Shown here: in pieces, positions 9,464 to 18,957 of the stretch | Position numbering within the stretch: the stretch's first letter is position 1 | Layout of the letters: each line of letters opens with the position of its first letter | Assembly: GCA_965219955.1 (NCBI GenBank) | Contig: OZ244799.1 | Span: forward strand, 384,001 to 448,000 | DNA: 64,000 nt | Direction: 5' to 3' | Source of the DNA: a bacterium | Lineage (GTDB): Bacteria > UBA8248 | The notes under the pieces: generated by a model | What the model was told of the DNA's origin: nothing | What the model saw: only the letters and a program-made list of their open reading frames with translations | Databases searched by the model: none | Program-made: the position numbers and the translations under genes

Positions 9464-10543
9464 ATGAGCGGAAAAACGGTTTCCCTGGCCGTCATCCTGG
9501 GCGACGGCGTGGGCCACGACGTGCTGCCCGTGGCGACGGAGGTGATCCGGGCGGCGGCCGGCAAGATGGGTGTGGAAATCGAGCCGGAAGTCTATGACTA
9601 CGGCGCGCTCCACTACTTGGAACACGGAACCCCGCTGCCCGAGGACGTGAACGGCCTCGTGCGCGGACTGGCGGAGAAGCACGACGCCATCCTGTTCGGA
9701 AGCGCAGGATTAGACCCCAGGATCCCCGAAGACGTGAACTGCCGTGACCTCCTGCGCGCGCTCCGCTTCGAACTCGACCTGTACGTGAACCTGCGGCCGG
9801 CGCCGCTTTTGCATCCCGATTTTTCTCCCCTGAAGCGGGACGCCGAAATCGACCTCGTCGTCGTGCGCGAGAACACCGAGGGGCTGAACGTGCGCGTGGG
9901 CGGCAACTTCAAGAAGGGGACGCCGGATGAGGTCGCCATCCAGGAGGACGTCAACACGTACAAGGGCGTCTCGCGCATCTGCCGCTACGCCTTCGAGTAC
10001 GCGCGGAAACACGGCTACCCCAAGGTGACCATGGCGGACAAGCACGGTTCCATCATCCACGCGCACGGCCTGTGGCAGCGGGTCTTCTGGCAGACGTCGG
10101 AGGAATTCCCCGACGTGGAAGGGGAGCACTACTTCATCGACACCCTGTGCCAGGACCTCCTGTTCAAGCCGGAGGATTTCGGCGTCATCGTCACAAACAA
10201 CATGTTCGGCGACATCCTGAGCGATCTGTGCGCGGGACTCGTCGGAGGCGTGGGTCTGGCGGCGTCGGGGTGCATCCACCCGGGCCGCGTGTGCATGTTC
10301 GAGCCGGTGCACGGCACGGCGCCCGACATCGCCCTCAAGGGGATCGCGAACCCCTTCGCCGTCTGCCTGACGGGGAGAATCCTCCTGAACACGCTGGGCC
10401 TCGACAAGGCGGCGGACCTGATCTGGGAGGCGATTCGCTCCGCCGTCCGCGAGAAAAAGACCACGGCCGACCTGGGCGGTTCGCTGAACACCAAAGAAGT
10501 GGGCGATTACCTCTGCGCGCACATCGAAAAATCGGGCGCGTAG
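9464..10543 (+). CDS. isocitrate/isopropylmalate (tartrate) dehydrogenase family protein
   Basis: GDGVG, NLRP, VVRENTEG, NMFGDILSD, FEPVHGTAPDIA. Confidence 0.9.
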   Translation: MSGKTVSLAVILGDGVGHDVLPVATEVIRAAAGKMGVEIEPEVYDYGALHYLEHGTPLPEDVNGLVRGLAEKHDAILFGSAGLDPRIPEDVNCRDLLRALRFELDLYVNLRPAPLLHPDFSPLKRDAEIDLVVVRENTEGLNVRVGGNFKKGTPDEVAIQEDVNTYKGVSRICRYAFEYARKHGYPKVTMADKHGSIIHAHGLWQRVFWQTSEEFPDVEGEHYFIDTLCQDLLFKPEDFGVIVTNNMFGDILSDLCAGLVGGVGLAASGCIHPGRVCMFEPVHGTAPDIALKGIANPFAVCLTGRILLNTLGLDKAADLIWEAIRSAVREKKTTADLGGSLNTKEVGDYLCAHIEKSGA

Positions 10544-10620
10544 GATTTTGAGGATTTTTCGGTTACAGATATCTGATTCGCTGGATAAAAGCCGCCGAAC
10601 GGGGCGGAGGGCCCGTTTGT

Positions 10621-10969
10621 GGAATTGTTGAATAACCCCTCCTCGTACGGAATTGGTCACCGCCGTCATTCCGGCGAATGCCGGAATCCAGGGACTTTGT
10701 TTTTGTATTTGTCTTTTCGCTTTATCGTTTTATGAGGTCGTCCTGCGATTCGGTATCCCCGTCTGCTCTGGATTCCGGCATCCGCCGGAATGACGGCCGT
10801 AGGGGCGGTTCGCGAACCGCCCCTACAGAACCATCACGGCCGGCGAAGACTTTCCCCCCCAAGGGGCCTGTTGAAAAAGTCCGATAAAGGGGGATTGGCG
10901 GTTGCAGGGACAACCCCTTCTCGGGGTTGTCCTGCCCTCCGTGAGGACAGGCTCGGAGGCCTGTCCCTA
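10621..10969. repeat. intergenic mosaic: TIR-like ends, dRS3-like doublet, GTAG REPs
   Basis: TIR-like at 10621 and 10864; doublet 10665-10690/10769-10794; GTAGGGGCGGTTCGCGAACCGCCCCTAC from 10799. Confidence 0.8.
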
Positions 10970-11084
10970 AGGGGTTATGACGTCGTCGACCGGGGGGATA
11001 CATGGACAACCCCTTGTCTGGGGCTGCCGTGGTCGCTACGATGTCGAGGAGTACCCTTTCCGAGTACAAGAGAGGGATCGCGGA

Positions 11085-11306
11085 ATGACGGAATTCGAGA
11101 TGGCGACGCTGGCGGTGCAGAGGATGGACGTGCTGGTTGCGGCCGTGGTCGGTTTTTCGAAATGCGCCCTCATCGGCGGGGGACTCGTCATTATGCGCCG
11201 CGATTTGATCATGAGAGAAAAGGCGCTCGACGAGTTGATCCGGAGCGGGCGTGCGAACCGCGAAGAAGCCGGCAAGAGCCGAGATGAATTCCTGAAAAAC
11301 TCATGA
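11085..11306 (+). CDS. small (73 aa) single-TM hypothetical protein
   Basis: MTEFEMATLAVQRMDVLVAAVVGFSKCALIGGGLVIMRR..REKALDELIR; resembles 398..568. Confidence 0.6.
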   Translation: MTEFEMATLAVQRMDVLVAAVVGFSKCALIGGGLVIMRRDLIMREKALDELIRSGRANREEAGKSRDEFLKNS

Positions 11307-11346
11307 AGAGTCATCACGTTCCCATTTTCCGTTGGAAGGCCAAACC

Positions 11347-13032
11347 ATGCCCTTTGAAGTCGGCGCGCCCGCGCATGCGGGCCAGATTGTTGTAGACGCG
11401 CTCGTCAGGGAAAACGTCAAGAGGCTCTATTGCCTTCCCGGCTCCCATCTTCTCCAGTTCTACGATGCGCTGAGAGTCGCCCCCTCCATCGGCCTCGTCA
11501 CCTGCAAGCAGGAGCCGAACGCCTCGCTCATGGCCGACGCCTACGGGCGGCTCACCGGGGAGCCCGGCGTGTGCCTGCTCACGGCGGGGCCGGGCGGCGC
11601 GAACTCCATTGCGGGCGTGGCCCAGGCCTATGGTGCTGCGTCGCCGATGGTGCACATCACGGGTTCCGTGCCGCTCGATGCCTCTCGCGAGGCGTTCCAC
11701 GGGGTGGACGACCCAGATTTCCTGGTCGAGATGTTCCAGAAGGTCACCAAGTGGAGCGTTCGCGTGAAGCGTATGGAGGATATCTCGGGCGTCATGGCCA
11801 GGGCGTTCCACGTCGCGAGAAGCGGGCGGCCGGGGCCGGTCCACGTCGAGATACCGAGGCTCAGCGATTACAGCCCCCATCTCTTGCAGGATGCCCCCAT
11901 CGCGCTGCCCGAATACGCGCCGCAGCCGGCGCAAGTCGTCGCCCCCAATGCGGAGGACGTTGCCCAGTACGCGCGCAGGCTCCTGGCGGCGCAGTATCCC
12001 GTCATCTGCGCGGGCAAGGGGGTGATGCGAAAAGGCGCTATGGAAGAACTCGCGCGCCTCGCCGATAAGTTCTCGATTCCCGTCATCTACCCCCAGGACG
12101 CGATGGGCGTGATTCCCGAGGACCACCCCCTGGCGGTGGGGCATTACTTCGCCTTCAGGAATACGGGCTTCATGAACGGCGTCACCGAAAAATGCGACCT
12201 GATGATGTTCATCGGCCTGAGGGCCGCCACGGCGGAGGTGGAGCACATCGAACCCTATGCGCCCGCGGATCGGATATTCATCGGTTTCGACGACGCGGAG
12301 GATGCGCACTACGGCGGTGCGGACGAGATAGTTGCGGACCCCAGGATGTTCCTGAGCGCTCTGGAGGCGCATCTGGCGGAAGAGGGCGGGCGGAAGAAAG
12401 CCGAGGTGAGGGAGCAGATCGCGCAGGGCAAGGCGGACTTGCGAAAGCAGGCCCTGGAGGTCATCCAGGGCCATGAGAGCGAGACGCCGATTCATCCGGC
12501 GCTGTTGATGGAGAAGTTAAGCCGCCACATCAAGCCCGACGCCATCGTCGTCAGCGACGTGGGCAACTGCCAGATGTTCGCGCGCTACTACGTGCCGCTC
12601 ACGAACCAGTTCTCCTTCATGCAGTCGGGCGTGTGGAACGCCATGTCCTTCGCGCTGCCGACGGCCATCGTCGCCAAGATGGAATACCCCGGGCGCGACG
12701 TCATCGGCCTGGTGGGCGACGGCGCGTTCCTGATGACGATCGGCGATTTCGTGACGGCGAGCGAGTACGGCGCGAACATCGTGATGGTCGTCCTGAACGA
12801 CGGCTCCTACGGCCAGATCGACCGCCAGCAGCAAAACCTCTACGGCGCGGCCTACGGCTGTGACTTCAAGAGCCCCGATTTCGCCGGGATGGCGCGCTCG
12901 TTCGACGCGTTCGGCGTGCGGGTGGAAACGCCTGCCGACCTCGACGAGGCGTTCGAGGCGGCGCTCTCTGCGGGCAGGCCAGCCATCGTGGAAGTCATGA
13001 CGCGAGAGCAGCCCCTCCCGAAGATTTCATGA
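11347..13032 (+). CDS. thiamine-diphosphate-dependent enzyme (acetolactate synthase-like family)
   Basis: LPGSH, MADAYGR, RPGPVHVEIP, GDGAF..VLNDGSYG. Confidence 0.9.
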   Translation: MPFEVGAPAHAGQIVVDALVRENVKRLYCLPGSHLLQFYDALRVAPSIGLVTCKQEPNASLMADAYGRLTGEPGVCLLTAGPGGANSIAGVAQAYGAASPMVHITGSVPLDASREAFHGVDDPDFLVEMFQKVTKWSVRVKRMEDISGVMARAFHVARSGRPGPVHVEIPRLSDYSPHLLQDAPIALPEYAPQPAQVVAPNAEDVAQYARRLLAAQYPVICAGKGVMRKGAMEELARLADKFSIPVIYPQDAMGVIPEDHPLAVGHYFAFRNTGFMNGVTEKCDLMMFIGLRAATAEVEHIEPYAPADRIFIGFDDAEDAHYGGADEIVADPRMFLSALEAHLAEEGGRKKAEVREQIAQGKADLRKQALEVIQGHESETPIHPALLMEKLSRHIKPDAIVVSDVGNCQMFARYYVPLTNQFSFMQSGVWNAMSFALPTAIVAKMEYPGRDVIGLVGDGAFLMTIGDFVTASEYGANIVMVVLNDGSYGQIDRQQQNLYGAAYGCDFKSPDFAGMARSFDAFGVRVETPADLDEAFEAALSAGRPAIVEVMTREQPLPKIS

Positions 13033-13033
13033 G

Positions 13034-13419
13034 GGGGTTGTTGAAAAAGCCCATTGAGGAGGAAGTGACGCCTGCGCCTCTGCCCGGTTTGCGGTTTTGA
13101 CCGTCATTCCGGCGAAAGCCGGAATCCATTTTCGCCTTTGCCTTTTTGTCCCCTCGCTCGGACATCTTTACTTCCGGACGGGGAGGAGCGGAATCGAACC
13201 CAAAAACGAAAGGCGAATGATCTGAATTCCGTATCCGGACGCCGCCCAACAACAAGGTCGTGGCCGCCCTGCCTGGTGAAAAGTCAAAATGGATTCCGGC
13301 TTTCGCCGGAATGACGGCTTCGTGGTGAACCGCATCAGCCGTCTCCGTAACGACGCCCGAATCCAGGCGCACACGAAATGCATCGTCAATTCCAACCGAG
13401 AAGGTGTTTCAACAACCCC
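13034..13419. repeat. TIR-bounded cassette with dRS3-like doublet (161-bp spacer)
   Basis: GGGGTTGTTGAAAAA...TTTCAACAACCCC; 13103-13419 homologous to 37439-37747 and 31951-32163. Confidence 0.85.
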
Positions 13420-13538
13420 GTAGCGGGCCGGTTCGGGCGGATTCGCGGATGTATGGGGTTTCCGTGCGCAGCGATGGTTCTCGACCTGCATCTTGTTTGA
13501 CGCCAATTATGACCACCCCATCATCGAGGAGTCTTTTC

Positions 13539-14321
13539 ATGGACATTCGTCTGGACGGAAAGAAAGCGCTCATCACGGGCGGCAGCCGCGGCATGGGCCG
13601 GGGCATGGCGCTCAAGTTCTCTGAATCGGGGGCCGAGGTGGCCATCGTCGCGCGGCGGCCTGACGTGCTCGAAGAAACGAGACGCGAGATCGAAGCCGCC
13701 ACCGGGGGGAGGGTGTTCGCCTATTCGTGCGATATGGGGGACGCCGAAGCGATCAAGGCCATGTGGGCCGCAGCGCTCGGGGATTTGGGCCAGATCGACA
13801 TACTGGTGAACAACGCGGGCACCTCCACGCGGGGGCCGTTCGAGGAGATCAGCGACGAGATGTGGGAGGAGGATCTGGGACTCAAACTCTTCGGCGCCAT
13901 CAGGACCTGCCGCCTCGCTTTCCCCGCGATGAAGGAGCGCCGCTGGGGCCGCATCATCAACGTCGTCACCGTGGCGGGAAAGGCGCCGCCCCCCACGAGC
14001 GCACCCACCTCCGTCTCGCGCGCCGCAGGCATGGCGATGACCAAGGTGCTGGCGGGCGAGGGCGCGCCCCATAATGTGCTCGTGAACGCGCTGTGCACGG
14101 GCCGCATCGTGACGGATCAGGTCGCGCGGCGCTATGAGCGGGAGGAGCCCGATGTTTCTTTCGAGGAATACGTCGCCGAATACGGGCGCGACATTCCGCT
14201 CGGCCGGATGGGAACGGCCGAGGAATACGCCAACATGGCCTGTTTCCTCGCCTCGGACGCCGCCTCCTACATCACAGGAACGGCGGTGAACATCGACGGA
14301 GGATTCTGCGCGGTTGTGTAG
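13539..14321 (+). CDS. SDR family oxidoreductase
   Basis: TGGSRGMG, DILVNNAG, SYITG..IDGG; catalytic YxxxK replaced by TSVSR; RBS GAGGAG. Confidence 0.9.
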   Translation: MDIRLDGKKALITGGSRGMGRGMALKFSESGAEVAIVARRPDVLEETRREIEAATGGRVFAYSCDMGDAEAIKAMWAAALGDLGQIDILVNNAGTSTRGPFEEISDEMWEEDLGLKLFGAIRTCRLAFPAMKERRWGRIINVVTVAGKAPPPTSAPTSVSRAAGMAMTKVLAGEGAPHNVLVNALCTGRIVTDQVARRYEREEPDVSFEEYVAEYGRDIPLGRMGTAEEYANMACFLASDAASYITGTAVNIDGGFCAVV

Positions 14322-14327
14322 GTTCCG

Positions 14328-14580
14328 GGAGATTGTTGAAAAAGCCTGGAACTCTGGGTTTGTCATATGTAACCGACCGACGAGAGAGAAAAATCACTCC
14401 CCCCTTGAGGGGGAGTCGAAGAGCTGAGGGCGCAAGCCCGAAAGCGATTCGGTGGGGGGGATAATTCGGAATGGCGATAAAACGCATTCCCCCCCACCGA
14501 TTCAGCCTTCGCACAAACCGCTCGGCTTCCTCGTCTGGCTTTCCCCTCGGGAAGCCAGACCCTCCAGGGGGGAGTGATTC
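14328..14580. repeat. TIR-like end + type C element
   Basis: Flank homologous to 62552-62630. Confidence 0.8.
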
Positions 14581-14611
14581 CACTTCCTGCTTCCTTGGCA
14601 ATGACCCTCAA

Positions 14612-14917
14612 GGGGGTGTTGAAAAACCCCTCCTCACTCGGAATTGACCACCGCCGTCATTCCGGCGAAAGCCGGAATCCATTTTCAAGCAGAAAGACAA
14701 TACCCCGGCTTTTCATCTCCTCGCCATTGGAGCGAATCGATCAGAAAAGAAAAAACAAAGGCAAAACAAATGGATTCCGGCTTTCGCCGGAATGACGAAC
14801 AAAACCGAACCGCCTCGTAAGCAACCTCGGACAGGCACAGGGGCCTGTCCCTACGGCCCCCCTCCTCGGCCGGCTTCATACGCCGAATCACGAAATCGGG
14901 GCTTTTTCAACAACCCC
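14612..14917. mobile_element. non-autonomous IS1182-ended element (MITE-like) carrying REP cargo
   Basis: Ends GGGGGTGTTGAAAAA / TTTTTCAACAACCCC; flanked by CTCAA direct repeats (14607-14611, 14918-14922). Confidence 0.7.
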
Positions 14918-15016
14918 CTCAAGGGGGGAGTGATTTTCCCTCTTGTCGGTCAGCCAGGATTCTCAAAGGAGGAGTGTTTCAGCCCTTTGACAGGGAGTCA
15001 TTTCTCGCCTTTCCCG

Positions 15017-15733
15017 TCATTCCTGCATATCGTCTTTAGAATACGGGCACACCGCCCGCAGCGGACACTCTTCGCATTTCGGCTTAGGACGGCAGAAGGT
15101 GTGGCCCAGGCGCACGAGGAGGGCGTGGTATTCGTTGAAAAGGGCCGTGTCGCGGGGCAGGTGCGCCGTGAGGCGCTCCTGCAGGGCGAGGTAGTCCTTG
15201 TCCCCGTTCTTCGACGCCTCGAAGTGCCCGAGCCGGGAGAAGATGCGCTTCGTGTAGGCGTCCACGACGAAAACGGGCCTCTCCGCGGCGTAGAGCGTGA
15301 TGGAATCCGCCGTCTCGCGCCCCACGCCGTCCAGGCCCATCAGCTCATCATGTAATTCTTCGGTCGGCAGGCTTAAAAAATTGTCCACGTCTCCCTCGAA
15401 GTGATTCGAGAGGTAGGCGATGAACCCCTTGATTCTTTTGGCCTTCATGTTGAAAAACCGGGCGGGCCGGATGAGACGGGCGAGGCGGTCTCGCCGCACC
15501 TTCTTGAGCGCGTCCTCCGTGAGAAGGCCCTCTTTCTTGAGATTATCAATCGCGCGCGCCGCGTTCGCCCACGAGGTGTTCTGGACGAGAACGGCGCCCA
15601 GGCAGATTTCGAGCGTCGTCTCGCCGGGCCACCAGTCCTGCGGGCCGAAGCGCGCATGGAGGCGCTCGTAGATATCCATCAGGCGCTTCCGGTTGAGGCC
15701 CGATTCTTGAACTTCGCGTTTTTCTCCGCTCAT
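15017..15733 (-). CDS. endonuclease III-like HhH-GPD DNA glycosylase
   Basis: GAVLVQNTSWAN, HhH LDGVGRETADSI, VVDAYTKRI, 4Fe-4S motif CRPKPKCEECPLRAVC. Confidence 0.9.
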   Translation of the reverse strand: MSGEKREVQESGLNRKRLMDIYERLHARFGPQDWWPGETTLEICLGAVLVQNTSWANAARAIDNLKKEGLLTEDALKKVRRDRLARLIRPARFFNMKAKRIKGFIAYLSNHFEGDVDNFLSLPTEELHDELMGLDGVGRETADSITLYAAERPVFVVDAYTKRIFSRLGHFEASKNGDKDYLALQERLTAHLPRDTALFNEYHALLVRLGHTFCRPKPKCEECPLRAVCPYSKDDMQE

Positions 15734-15904
15734 GCTCGCCTCGCTCATTCCCGTAGTGTAGATTCCTACTTTTATATGGGCGGACTCCGTAGCGCAAAGA
15801 CATCTTCGAAGCCCCTGCGCGGTTTCGTTACGCCACAAGATGGGCGATACAGGCGAACCGCGTTTCGCAATCATGGATTCACAATTCAGGAAAAGGAAAG
15901 TTTC

Positions 15905-16870
15905 ATGAAAAAAGGCGCGGAAATTCTGGTGGGCGACTGCGCCGGCGTGAAGGAAGGCGAAGACGTGCTCATCGTCACCGACGCCGAGCGCCTCCCCATC
16001 GCGCAGGCCCTTTGCGCCGAGGCGGGAGACTTGGGCGCAAGGCCCACGATAGCCGTCTCACCGCCCCGGAGCATCGACAACGAGGAACCCCCGCGCGCCG
16101 TGGCCGAGGCGATGCGGGCGTCCGACGTGGTATTTCTGCCCGTCACCCACGCTCTCGCCCATACGCGGGCGACGAGGGAGGCTATCGGCGCGGGCGCGCG
16201 CGTGCTCTCGATGACGGCGTTCACGCCCGGGCAGATGGAGCGCGGCGGCCTGTTGGCGGATTTCAGGGCGAGAAAGCCGCTTTGCGACGCCCTGGCGGCG
16301 CGCCTGAGCGAGGCGCGCGAGGTGCGCGTCACCAACCCGGCGGGCACCGACCTCGTGCTCGGCGTCCAGGGACGCGCGGGCAACAGCCACGCCTGCGTGC
16401 TCGACGGGCCGGGCTTCACCGCCGTCCCGAACATCGAGGCCAACACGTCGCCTCTGGACGGGACGACGAACGGCGCGCTCGTGGTGGACGGCAGCATTCC
16501 CTACTACGGCGTGGGCGTGATCGAGGAGCCTGTGGTTTTCCGTATCGAGGAGGGCTTCGTGCGGGAGATAACCGGCGGGCGGCAGGCGGATTTCTTGCGT
16601 GAGCTTTTAGCCGCGCAGAACGATAAGTGGGTCTACAACGTCGCGCAGTTCGCGATGGGCCTCAATCCCGAATGCAGGGATTTCACGGGCGAGATGCTGA
16701 ACGACGAGGGCGTGAACGGCACGATCCACATCGGCATCGGAACCTCCGCCAACCTCGGCGGCGACGTGCAGGCCAAGACCCACTTCGACGCCATTATCCG
16801 CGCGCCTTCCGTCTGGTTCGACGGCGAGGCCATCATCCAGGACGGCGAGATACTCGTAAACGCGGAATGA
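15905..16870 (+). CDS. aminopeptidase (M29-like)/NicX-related metalloenzyme
   Basis: EEPPRAVAEAM, ALAHTRA, VVDGS, NDEGVNGTIHIGIG, HFDAII. Confidence 0.75.
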   Translation: MKKGAEILVGDCAGVKEGEDVLIVTDAERLPIAQALCAEAGDLGARPTIAVSPPRSIDNEEPPRAVAEAMRASDVVFLPVTHALAHTRATREAIGAGARVLSMTAFTPGQMERGGLLADFRARKPLCDALAARLSEAREVRVTNPAGTDLVLGVQGRAGNSHACVLDGPGFTAVPNIEANTSPLDGTTNGALVVDGSIPYYGVGVIEEPVVFRIEEGFVREITGGRQADFLRELLAAQNDKWVYNVAQFAMGLNPECRDFTGEMLNDEGVNGTIHIGIGTSANLGGDVQAKTHFDAIIRAPSVWFDGEAIIQDGEILVNAE

Positions 16871-18957
16871 TGGATAACAATTTGAACATTCGCCTGGGAA
16901 TAGACATCGGGGGCACGTTCACCGACCTCGTGCTCATCGACGAGTCGCGCCGCGCGGCCCACGTCGCCAAGGTGCTGACCACGCCCGCTGATCCCGCGGA
17001 GGGCACGCTTACGGGTTTTCAGAACATATTAAAGTCCGCCGGGCTGGAAGCATCCGACCTGGCGAGCATCGTCCACGCCACCACCCTCATCACCAACGCG
17101 CTCATCGAGAGAAAGGGCGCGCGCACCGGCCTCATCACCACGCAGGGGTTCTCGGACGTCATCGAGATCGGTCGTGAGAAGCGCTTCGACCTCTACGACC
17201 TGCACCAGGAGATGCCCGAACCCCTGATAGCCCAGGAATACCGGGCCGAGGCGCCCGAGCGCGTCCACGTGGACGGCGAGGTGGTGGTTCCCCTGGACTC
17301 AGAAGCCGTGAAGCGCGAGGCGGAAAGACTCCTTGAAATGGGCGCGGAATCCATCGCCGTCTCCTTTCTCCACGCGCCCGTGAACCCCGAGAACGAAAGG
17401 GCGGCCCGCGCGGCCATCGGGGAAGTCGCGGGCGATACGCCCGTTTCCATCTCATCCGACGTGGCCCCCGAGACGGGCGAGTACGAGCGCGCCTCCACCA
17501 CGGCGGCGAACGCCTACGTGCGGCCCATCGCCGATGCGTACCTGACGCGCCTGCTCGCGAGTCTCAGGGATTCGGGTTTCGCGGGCGATCTCTTCATCAT
17601 GCTCTCGAACTCGGGCTTCGCGGCGGTCGAAAGCGTGCGCGAGCATCCGGTGCGCATCATCGAATCGGGACCTGCGGGCGGCGCGCTCGCGGCGGCGCAG
17701 ATCGCCCGCTCTCTGGGCGAAGCCCACGCCCTGGGGTTCGACATGGGCGGAACCACGGCCAAGATCTGCCTGATCGAGGACGGCGAACCCGCGACGGAGA
17801 ACCGCTTCGAGGTGGCGCGGACGTCGAGATTCCAGAAAGGAAGCGGCCTGCCCATCCTCTCGCCCACGGTGGACCTGGTCGAGATCGGCGCGGGCGGCGG
17901 AAGCATCGCGCAGATAAGCGATCTGGGGCTAATCCGCGTCGGCCCCCAAAGCGCGGGCGCGACCCCGGGGCCCGCCTGCTACGCCCAGGGGGGGACGCAG
18001 CCCACCGTCACGGACGCGAACCTGCTGCTTGGCTATCTCAATCCCGATTTCTTCCTGGGTGGCGCGATGAAGCTCGAGTCCGAACGCGCGCGCGAGGCCG
18101 TCTCCTCACTGGCCGGTGAGTTGGGCATGAGCGTCGAGGATGCGGCGTGGGGGATTTACGAGATCATCACCGAGCAGATGGCGAGCGCAGCCCGCGTGCA
18201 CATCGCCGAGAAGGGGGGCGACCCCAGGAACTACGCCCTGATCGCCACGGGCGGCGCGGCGCCCCTTCACGCCTGCCACATGGCGAAAAAACTCTACATC
18301 CGCCGGGTCGTCTGCCCGCCGGACGTGGGCGTTGCTTCCGCGGCCGGCCTCCTGGCGGCGCGGCCGAGGGCGGACGCCGTCCGCGTCCTGGTGTCCGACG
18401 TGGATGCGGTGGACTGGACGCGCGTCGAGGCGTCGTACGGGGAGATGGCCGCGCAGATGACGGAAACACTCGGTGAGGGGATAGAGGTGGACGGGCGCTG
18501 GGAGTTTCTCTGCGCGGCCGACATGCGCTACCGGGGGCAGACGGACACGGTGAGCGTCCCCCTGCCAGAAGTTGGGGGGATGCCGGTTCGCGATAGCTCA
18601 GCCATACAGAACTTGTTCGAGCGCGCCTATGAGCGGCGGTATTTGCGAAAGATCGAGAACGTGGCGGCGGAGGTGGCCGCCTGGCGGTTGACCATGCTGG
18701 GTCCCGGACCCTCCGAGGCGGAAGTCCCGCCCCTCAAAGACGATACGGATTTCGATAAAGGCGCCAGAAGAATATACGCGGGCCCCGAGCGTGGATTCTC
18801 GGAGGCGCGCGTATATCACCGGTATTCGCTGCCCGCAGGACGTGAATTCTCCGGCCCCGCCATCGTCGAGGAGCGCGAATCCACCATCGTGGTCCCCGAG
18901 GACGCGCGCTTCAGGAAAGACGCGGGCGGCCACGTCGTCATCGAGGTGGAAGGCTGA
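16867..18957 (+). CDS. hydantoinase/oxoprolinase subunit A
   Basis: GIDIGGTFTD, HATT, ESGPAGG, DMGGTT, IGAGGGS, GPACY. Confidence 0.92.
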   Translation: MMDNNLNIRLGIDIGGTFTDLVLIDESRRAAHVAKVLTTPADPAEGTLTGFQNILKSAGLEASDLASIVHATTLITNALIERKGARTGLITTQGFSDVIEIGREKRFDLYDLHQEMPEPLIAQEYRAEAPERVHVDGEVVVPLDSEAVKREAERLLEMGAESIAVSFLHAPVNPENERAARAAIGEVAGDTPVSISSDVAPETGEYERASTTAANAYVRPIADAYLTRLLASLRDSGFAGDLFIMLSNSGFAAVESVREHPVRIIESGPAGGALAAAQIARSLGEAHALGFDMGGTTAKICLIEDGEPATENRFEVARTSRFQKGSGLPILSPTVDLVEIGAGGGSIAQISDLGLIRVGPQSAGATPGPACYAQGGTQPTVTDANLLLGYLNPDFFLGGAMKLESERAREAVSSLAGELGMSVEDAAWGIYEIITEQMASAARVHIAEKGGDPRNYALIATGGAAPLHACHMAKKLYIRRVVCPPDVGVASAAGLLAARPRADAVRVLVSDVDAVDWTRVEASYGEMAAQMTETLGEGIEVDGRWEFLCAADMRYRGQTDTVSVPLPEVGGMPVRDSSAIQNLFERAYERRYLRKIENVAAEVAAWRLTMLGPGPSEAEVPPLKDDTDFDKGARRIYAGPERGFSEARVYHRYSLPAGREFSGPAIVEERESTIVVPEDARFRKDAGGHVVIEVEG

